The notes below the pieces were generated by a model. That model saw nothing but the letters and a program-made list of their open reading frames with translations. It did not search any database and had not been told where the DNA came from. From Rhizobiales bacterium NRL2 (lineage in GTDB: Bacteria > Pseudomonadota > Alphaproteobacteria > Minwuiales > Minwuiaceae), in contig CP016093.1 of NCBI GenBank assembly GCA_001664005.1, positions 3,377,031-3,401,030 of the forward strand: a stretch of 24,000 bases of DNA, given 5' to 3'. This document shows positions 6,814 to 12,972 of this stretch, piece after piece. Numbering within the stretch: the first letter of the stretch is position 1; each line of letters opens with the position of its first letter. Both the position numbers and the translations under genes were made by a program.

Positions 6814-7633
6814 TCAGAGGAGAAACTTGCGGTATCCACCGCGCATGAGCGCCCGTCCGCGGCGGACGGCGCGGCGGACATGGTCGCGCAAGTGGTCGCG
6901 CGGATCGCGCCAGTCGGCCTCGACGCGCGCCTCGCCGAAGAGCGCGATGGCGATGTCACGATAGGGCGCGCCGTCGAGCCATCCGTCGAGCGCCTGCAGC
7001 ACCACGCGGAGCCGCCGCCCGTGCGGCTCGATCATCCGATGGTCTGGAAATCGGCCGCGCCCCATAATGTTGGCGAGGCCTTCGAGCGCAACGAGACGGG
7101 CTCGGAGATGCGCGGCCGGAAGAACGGCATCGGTCAGCAGGCGCACCGGCTCGGACAGGCTTGTGCCGCGGATGTCGAGTTGAAGCGCGCAGCCGGCTTC
7201 CGAAAAGAGAAGGTGCTGTCGCCCATCAGGCATCCGGAGGAGCGCCGCCCGGCATGGGGTTTCCGACAAGCTGAAGCGGCCGGTATCGCCCCGTGCACCG
7301 GCGGGAAGCGCGCGGGTTGGCAGAACGTGCGGACACGCGCGCGAATCCCAGAAGACAACGGCCTCGGTCGCTGTCCGCTGGGGCGCATCGGCGAAAAAAC
7401 AGGCACCAGTCGGCCAGCTCGGGCAGCTCCGTCCGCGCCGTCATGATTGTCAGGTTCGGCGCGGGCCGCTCGATCGTGACGGCAGGCGAGGCCTCGGACC
7501 AGGCCTGCCGGTAGTCTGCGTCGCGGCGCAGGAACTCCCACGCCCACCCCCGCCGCGGCAAGGCGGCGGTGTAGTCGTAGGCCGCGCATCGGCGCCAGTC
7601 CCCACCGGGGCTGATGTTCGGCGGCTTGACCAT
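6814..7633 (-). CDS. fseA: FseA-like transcriptional activator (DUF6499 N-domain plus DUF2285 C-domain) encoded in two overlapping frames; the conceptual product requires a +1 shift
   Basis: ORF 7633-7226 reads MVKPPNISPGGDWRRCAAYDYTAALPRRGWAWEFLRRDADYRQAW.... ORF 7269-6814 reads ...RMPDGRQHLLF...LDGWLDGAPYRDIAIALFG...GGYRKFLL. The second frame is offset by +1. Joining 7633-7394 to 7392-6814 gives a continuous 272-aa protein. Confidence 0.75.
7391..7402 (-). other. Candidate +1 recoding or slippage site CUG UUU UUU C|GCC
   Basis: This is the only homopolymer (T6 on the minus strand, 7399-7394) inside the window where both frames are open (7229-7440). Skipping C7393 yields ...ADWCLFF-ADAPQRTATEAVVFWDSRACPHVL.... 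Staying in frame yields Arg/Cys-rich RRCAPADSDRGRCLLGFARVSARS.... Confidence 0.5.
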
Positions 7634-7742
7634 GCCGGCAGGCTTCCGCGTCGAGCGCGGGAGAAGACCGCCACCTGCCCCCGATATCCCCCGTTGTCTG
7701 CAGTCTCCTCCCCAGTGCCTGATTCCGAGCGCCGGGCCGAGC

Positions 7743-8375
7743 TCACGCGGCGGCGGACGCGACCGGCGCCCAGAGCACCGGGTCCGTGAGGTCGCCGCGC
7801 CGTCGCACGTTGGCGAGGCTGGCCGGGGAGACCTCGAGATAGCCGGCGACCGATCGCGTGCCGGCGAACGACCGTGGCGCCGCGATGCGCCGCAGGGGCC
7901 AGCCTGCCCGCCTCAGGATCCGTTCCATGGCGACGTCGGTGACGGTGACGATGTCGGAGAGGCCGCGGGACAGCCCGAACTCGATCATGCCCGCGAAGAG
8001 CTCGAAGGTCGCCCGGGCGACGCCATGCGCGCCTTCAGGGCCGTCGCGTTCGACGTCGAGCGCGAAGCGGCTGCTCTCCCACACGGCCGGGTCCGACGGC
8101 GCCGGCGCCCCGGCCAGCAGCGCGGCGAAGGTCTCCGTCAGCATGGTCGGGCCAATCGTCGGCAACAGCCGCACGCAGCCCTGGACGCGGCCGCCGGCGC
8201 CACGCTGCAGGAGATAGACGGGGTGGAGCGCGTCGAAGGTGTCGATCTCCATGTCGCCGCTGACCTCGACGTCCCAGTCGAGCCGCTGCTTGAAGACGCG
8301 GTAACGTAGGCGGTACATCTCGGCGAGATCATCGGCGAACGCGCCGTACCGGTCGGACGTGATGAGTTGCATCAT
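7743..8375 (-). CDS. traI: Acyl-homoserine-lactone synthase (LuxI/TraI family)
   Basis: ORF 7743-8450 trimmed to ATG 8375 (AGGAGG 5 nt upstream). MMQLITSDRYGAFADDLAEMYRLRYRVFKQRLDWDV...LLPTIGPTML...ESSRFALD shows typical LuxI-family motifs. Length 210 aa. Confidence 0.9.
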   Translation of the reverse strand: MMQLITSDRYGAFADDLAEMYRLRYRVFKQRLDWDVEVSGDMEIDTFDALHPVYLLQRGAGGRVQGCVRLLPTIGPTMLTETFAALLAGAPAPSDPAVWESSRFALDVERDGPEGAHGVARATFELFAGMIEFGLSRGLSDIVTVTDVAMERILRRAGWPLRRIAAPRSFAGTRSVAGYLEVSPASLANVRRRGDLTDPVLWAPVASAAA

Positions 8376-8434
8376 GATCGCCTCCTGCGAAGGGGAACTT
8401 TCGCGCATTGGAGGCGAACAGCTGGCGCGAGACA

Positions 8435-8454
8435 CCCTGTGCACTTGCACGGGG
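8435..8454 (-). promoter_or_regulatory. 20-bp lux/tra-type box upstream of traI
   Basis: CCCTGTGCACTTGCACGGGG is symmetric at 8 of 10 dyad positions and has the CTG-N10-C(A/G)G layout of lux-type boxes. Its centre is about 69 bp upstream of the traI ATG and it begins 18 bp past the traR stop. Confidence 0.5.
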
Positions 8455-8471
8455 TGACGAGGTGCCCCCGC

Positions 8472-9197
8472 TCAGTGCAACGTCGGCTTGGATGCGGACA
8501 GGCGTGCCACGGCCTGGCAGACCGTGCGGACGTTGAGCTTCATTTTCGCGTTGTCGAGGTGGAACGCCACCGTGCGGCGGGAGATCCCGAGGATGCGGCC
8601 GATTTCCCAGGCGGACTTGCCCTGGGCCGCCCACTCCAGGCACTCGAACTCGCGCGGCGACAGCGCGGCGCCGTCGACGACGCGGTCGGCGGCAAGCTTG
8701 CGGCGGGCATGGGCGTGGAAATACAGCGCCATGAGCTGCAGGGCCGTGGCGTGCGCCTCGACGCTGCGGCGGAACGCCGGATGACGCTCGTCGGCGGCGA
8801 AGGTCACGGCGGCGACCGGCCCACGCCCGTCGTGGATCGGAATGGTGAAGCCGCAGCGGATGCCGAAGGCGGCCGCCTCGTCGAAGAACTGCTGTTGCCG
8901 CTTGGTGAGCTCAGACTGCCCGGCGCCGGGCCCCCATTCGAAGGGGTCGGCACCGCGCGTCGCCTGGAGGATGACCGGGTCGACGCGCTCGTAGTGGCTT
9001 TCGACGTAGTGGCCGATCCAGGCGGCCGGATAGGTGGAGACCACCAGCGCCTCCGCCCCACGCCGGTGGGGCATGGACAGATAGGCGAAGCAGGTGAGGT
9101 CGAGCGCGGCCGCCGCGTCGGCCATGGCCTTGTGCAGGTCGTCGAGGTCGACGCTTTCCGCGAGGCGGTCGATGAAGGTCTGAAAGATGCGATGCAT
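8472..9197 (-). CDS. traR: LuxR-family AHL-responsive transcriptional regulator (TraR-like)
   Basis: ORF 8472-9419 trimmed to ATG 9197 (GGAAGGAAG upstream). The N-terminal autoinducer-binding domain (DLTCFAYLSM...YPAAWIGHYVESHYERVDPV) is followed by the C-terminal LuxR HTH (LSPREFECLEWAAQGKSAWEIGRILGISRRTVAFHLDNAKMKL). Length 241 aa. Confidence 0.9.
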   Translation of the reverse strand: MHRIFQTFIDRLAESVDLDDLHKAMADAAAALDLTCFAYLSMPHRRGAEALVVSTYPAAWIGHYVESHYERVDPVILQATRGADPFEWGPGAGQSELTKRQQQFFDEAAAFGIRCGFTIPIHDGRGPVAAVTFAADERHPAFRRSVEAHATALQLMALYFHAHARRKLAADRVVDGAALSPREFECLEWAAQGKSAWEIGRILGISRRTVAFHLDNAKMKLNVRTVCQAVARLSASKPTLH

Positions 9198-9458
9198 CCG
9201 TCTTCCTTCCGATCGACGCGAATGGGGCCTTCCATTTCGGATCGTCTTGCCGTCGCCTGCCCAGGGCCCATACGCGAAATCCGTTGCAGGAATTCTATCG
9301 CTGGTGCGCTCGACGAAACAAGCAACGAACCAAAACTTGTGAGGACTGTTATTGGCCATACGCCTCGGAAACAACGGCCGATCTTCGGTTTCCTGCCCTC
9401 CTCCGGACGATGTCGGCATCGTCGGCCACCGTCGCCGGCGGTCACCGTGATCGTCGCT

Positions 9459-10379
9459 TCACGTCACGACGCCAGGGGGTCCCCCTTCCGACCATTGCCG
9501 GTCAAACGGCTGCCCTTGGCGGAGCGCTTCCATGAGCGGCGTGAGGAATTCCCTGATGGAGCCGACCACATCGGGGAGCGCCGGTGGCGGAAGAGCCGGG
9601 CGTCCCCAGCGTTGGAATGCCTGCCACTGCTGCTGCTTGCCCCGGTCGCTCGCGAACTCGTCGCTCAGCCCCACCGGGGTGACCTCGGGCAGCGCGGTGC
9701 CGCGCCGGTCGAAGGTGACGCGGACCGCCGGGGCGAGCGTCTGTCCATCGAACGGGAAGGACGACGCCAGCACCCAGAGATCGTAGTAGTCCTTCATCCG
9801 GCTGTTCAGCATGCCGAGCGGGACGATCGCCTCGTACTTTTCGGCGACTACCGTCTCCCGTGGATAGGCGCGGATGCGCGGGGCGGGAAGCGCGAGAAGC
9901 GACGGGGACTCGATCTCCTCGGCCTTCGGCGTCACGGCGTCGCCGAAACCGATGTTGACCTGAACCGACAGGCGGGCACTGGCGAGCTGTGCCTCGAGGC
10001 GCACGCGGGCGCCGGGGTGCCCTTCCTCGTCCCGCATCGGCTCGACCTGGACGGACTCGGTGATGAACTCAAGGCCGTCGTCTTCCTCCACGGGCGTATC
10101 GCAGAGCGCCCGGAAGGTCGTGGTCAGCGCCTCGATGTTCCGTTCGCCGAAGCCGAGAAGGTCGAGGTCGCGCGTGGCGCGATACGGTTCACCGGCCCAG
10201 AGGATGAAGAGCAGGGCGCCTTTCAGGATGAAGCGGTCCCGATGACCAGACGTCCCGAGGCGATAGAGAAGCCGTTCCAGGGCGTAGCGGATGAAGACGA
10301 GATCGACGTCCTCGCCGCGCTCGCGGGCGCGGTTGGTGAGACGCTGGCGAACGGACGCCGAGAGGTGGCTCGGCTTGTC
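9459..10379 (-). pseudogene. AbiEii/AbiGii-family nucleotidyltransferase toxin gene, 5'-truncated (no start codon, no AbiEi partner)
   Basis: The frame upstream of ORF 9459-10091 stays open to 10379 and reads SDKPSHLSASVRQRLTNRARERGEDVDLVFIRYALERLLYRLGTSGHRDRFILKGALLFILWAGEPYRATRDLDLLGF.... This is the typical AbiEii N-terminus with the NTase motif. Upstream of it the frame meets a TAG inside the IS end, with no ATG, GTG or TTG in between. Confidence 0.75.
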
Positions 10380-10580
10380 TGAACAGTTTCGGGGCTGTCG
10401 CTAAGTGGATGTCCGCCTTGGTTATGCTGCGGCCGGGATTGGCTGCTGCGTCGTGAGATATGCCTGATCGGGGGCCTGCCCGCCAAGCGATGATTGAGGT
10501 CTCCGGCCGTTGTAGAACGCCAGGTACCGGCTGATCGAGGCGCGGGCCTCCGGTACGTTGGCATAGGCGCGCAGTTGGCG
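10380..10580 (-). mobile_element. IS3-family (IS407-group-like) remnant: terminal inverted repeat plus the last ~50 codons of the transposase
   Basis: The minus strand encodes ...LRAYANVPEARASISRYLAFYNGRRPQSSLGGQAPDQAYLTTQQPIPAAA* (stop at 10422-10424), the conserved C-terminal end of IS3-family OrfB. The outer end TGAACAGTTTCGGGGCTGTCGCTAAGTGG starts with TG at 10380. Similarity is lost upstream of about 10580. No second end was found in the window. Confidence 0.6.
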
Positions 10581-10629
10581 TCGAACGCCGCCTTGCCTGC
10601 TCTTGCGAGGGGCAGAGCCTCGGAACGGT

Positions 10630-10782
10630 GACGTCAGTCGTCGTGTCGCGCGACAATGGTGCGATGGCTTTCCATCCGACAAAGACAGCACCGGCAGCGA
10701 CCACGGTGATGACAAAAATGGCGGCCGGACTTGAACGGCGCTGCAGGTCCGTGGCTGAGCGCTTATACTTCTTTTGGTTCAT
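10630..10782 (-). pseudogene. 5' fragment of an HlyD/EmrA-type membrane-fusion protein gene
   Basis: ATG at 10782 gives MNQKKYKRSATDLQRRSSPAAIFVITVVAAGAVFVGWKAIAPLSRDTTTDVTV.... This is a basic N-terminus, one TM helix and an sTDDAyV-like motif, after which the sequence degenerates. Weak. Confidence 0.3.
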
Positions 10783-10884
10783 GTCTAATCTCTTCCGATG
10801 CGTTGGCATCCAGTCGAGAGTCGTGCGGGCGCCGTCGACAACCGGTCATTCCGACTGGTCTATGGAGCCGATAATGAATTCGGC

Positions 10885-11556
10885 TCATTGTCGGTCCCCC
10901 TCAACGGCCGGGCTGGTGAAAATGTCTTTGAGGCGGGGCATAAACCGGGGCACTCTCTCGGCGTAGCGTCGGTACACGTCACCCAATTCGGCTTCGACTT
11001 CCCGCTCTTCGCGCAGGGAAAGACGCCAGTACATGACAAGCAGAACGGGAAACATCGCCAGTGTGAGAATGGTCGGCCACTGGAACAGGAACCCAACCAG
11101 AATCAGGACGAAGCCGACATATTGAGGATGGCGAATGCGGGCGTAAGGCCCCGTGGTCGCGAGCGTTCCCGTCCGTTGTGCTTGGTAAAGGACACGCCAA
11201 GCGGCCGAGAGCAGGATGAACCCGCCGCCGATGAAGCCGAAACTCAGAATGTGGAAGGGCCCGAGGTGCGGGTTTGCCTTCCAGCCAAACAGCATTTCCA
11301 GGAGATGGCCGGAATCATGGGCAAGCCAGTCGACGCTTGGGTAGTTGGTCTGCAACCAGCCCGATAGGAAATATATGGTGAGCGGGAAGCCGTACATCTC
11401 AGTGAAAAGCGCGACCAGAAAGGCGCTGAAAGCACCGAATGAGCGCCAGTCCCGGCCAGTCTTCGGCTTAAAGAAGCTAAAGGCGAACAGGATGAAGATC
11501 GCCGAGTTGATCACCACCAATAACCAGAGACCGTAGGCTGGAACTTCGTTGCTCAT
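10885..11556 (-). CDS. Isoprenylcysteine carboxyl methyltransferase (ICMT/PEMT)-family membrane methyltransferase
   Basis: ORF 10885-11700 trimmed to ATG 11556, which overlaps the upstream stop as ATGA. It is a multi-TM protein ending ...TTGPYARIRHPQYVGFVLILVGFLFQWPT...REEREVEAELGDVYRRYAERVPRFMP, the ICMT-family signature region. Confidence 0.85.
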   Translation of the reverse strand: MSNEVPAYGLWLLVVINSAIFILFAFSFFKPKTGRDWRSFGAFSAFLVALFTEMYGFPLTIYFLSGWLQTNYPSVDWLAHDSGHLLEMLFGWKANPHLGPFHILSFGFIGGGFILLSAAWRVLYQAQRTGTLATTGPYARIRHPQYVGFVLILVGFLFQWPTILTLAMFPVLLVMYWRLSLREEREVEAELGDVYRRYAERVPRFMPRLKDIFTSPAVEGDRQ

Positions 11557-11795
11557 CTGTCGTCCTCCCGCGGTTCGTCGCGGTGCGATCCGTGATCGCC
11601 CCCGTGGCTGCCATGCATGAAGAAATGCATGCCCACGCAGAGTCCGAGAATGAGGAGGAGCGGCAGATAGCCCAGAATATGCGCGGCATGCTCTTCCCAC
11701 AGGAAGTAACCCGCCACTGCCAGGAATCCGAGCAACACCATGCCGGAACGGGAGAAAATGAAGCTCCGGAAGCCGCTGGTTTCATGCTGCGCCAT
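11553..11795 (-). CDS. DUF2933-type small membrane protein with a C-terminal His cluster
   Basis: MAQHETSGFRSFIFSRSGMVLLGFLAVAGYFLWEEHAAHILGYLPLLLILGLCVGMHFFMHGSHGGDHGSHRDE. Two TM segments and an MHxFMHGxHGG motif. RBS AAGAGGTGA. Confidence 0.8.
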   Translation of the reverse strand: MAQHETSGFRSFIFSRSGMVLLGFLAVAGYFLWEEHAAHILGYLPLLLILGLCVGMHFFMHGSHGGDHGSHRDEPREDDR

Positions 11796-11843
11796 GTCGC
11801 GTCACCTCTTCCGACCCTCGTCGTTTCCGAAATACGGTCGAGG

Positions 11844-12920
11844 TCATCCGCCCGCGCCCTGAACCATCTGATGGCCTTTGCCGCCGATCTGGATCTCTCC
11901 GCGAATCCTGAGATCCCGCTGATCGATCACCCAAATTTTCGGCTCATCGGCGCTGGAGACGTAGAGCTTGCCCGTCCCGCGAACGACGGCGAGGTGGTAC
12001 GGGGCGGGAGCCAAGGGAACACTGCGCTGGGCGCCGGTAGCGAGATCGATGGCAACCACCTTGTCGCCACCAAGGACCGCGATGAAGAGCGTGCCGCCAT
12101 CATCGGACAGGTCGATCCCGTGGAGGGCCGTTTCGAGGCGAATCGTCTTCACAACCGTTTGGTCGCCGACCTCAACGACGGAGACCGTGCCGTCGTCGAC
12201 GTTGTTGACGTAGAGAGTGACGCCATCTCTGGACAGAACGATGTGTTCAGGGCTGCCGCCGACAACGGTATTCGACCGGACGATCCACCGTGCCGTGTCG
12301 ATCTCGCTGACCGTGTCGTTGCCGGTGTTGCTGACGTAAAGGCGGTCACCGCCAGGAGCGAAGGCCGCGTAATTGGGTAGAGGCCCGGTGGCGACCGTCG
12401 CGACCACCTCATAGGAGCCGAGGTCGATGGCACTGATTGATCCGGCGTTGGGATGGGTGACGACGGCGAACCGGCCATCGTCACTGACCGCGACGTGGTG
12501 GACGGCGCCGGGTACATCGATGCGCCGGACCACGGAGCCGTCGGCCGTTCGAACGACCGAGACCGTGCTGAATTCCGCAACGGCGTTCCTGGCATCGGCG
12601 GACGCGGCGCCATGGTGCGCGGCATGCTCATCTTCGGATACGCCCGCCGGCTTCGCTGGCGCCTCGCCGCCTGATGCTCGCGTCTCGAAGCTTCCGGCTA
12701 GCAGGAACTGCCCATCGGGCGTCCCCGCGAGGCCATGAACTGCCGCCAAGCCGGTTATCGTATCGACGATTTCGTCCGGCGCGGCATCGACAGCGACAAT
12801 CTTGTTCTCTCCGCCGAGGGGCACATACACGAACGGCTCGGCAAGAGCCGCTTGCGCTCCCAACACCAGGATCATCAGTCCTGTCCAGGCGGCGACTCGG
12901 GGAATCGATATGGCGTTCAT
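11844..12920 (-). CDS. Secreted YncE/YVTN-type beta-propeller repeat protein
   Basis: Signal peptide MNAISIPRVAAWTGLMILVLGAQAALA. Repeated propeller blades are visible (VAVSDDGRFAVVTH, LYVSNTGNDTVSEID, LYVNNVDDGTVSVVE, LFIAVLGGDKVVAID, LYVSSADEPKIWVID). A His-rich insert EDEHAAHHG is present. Confidence 0.8.
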   Translation of the reverse strand: MNAISIPRVAAWTGLMILVLGAQAALAEPFVYVPLGGENKIVAVDAAPDEIVDTITGLAAVHGLAGTPDGQFLLAGSFETRASGGEAPAKPAGVSEDEHAAHHGAASADARNAVAEFSTVSVVRTADGSVVRRIDVPGAVHHVAVSDDGRFAVVTHPNAGSISAIDLGSYEVVATVATGPLPNYAAFAPGGDRLYVSNTGNDTVSEIDTARWIVRSNTVVGGSPEHIVLSRDGVTLYVNNVDDGTVSVVEVGDQTVVKTIRLETALHGIDLSDDGGTLFIAVLGGDKVVAIDLATGAQRSVPLAPAPYHLAVVRGTGKLYVSSADEPKIWVIDQRDLRIRGEIQIGGKGHQMVQGAGG

Positions 12921-12972
12921 AGATGGTCGTTCCTTTCCGTAAGGCGCATTGCCGCGATGGGTTGGACTCTTT

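Noticed and set aside
7634-7742. Search for a second tra box in the traI-fseA spacer (e.g. CCCCCGATATCCCCC)
   Set aside because: The string is a direct C-run flanking GATATC, not an inverted repeat. No 18-20 bp dyad is present.
8367-10382. 671-aa ORF on the plus strand
   Set aside because: It is antisense to traR and the AbiEii pseudogene, both of which have clear family signatures. It has no RBS and no recognisable motif, and its composition is driven by the opposite-strand codon bias.
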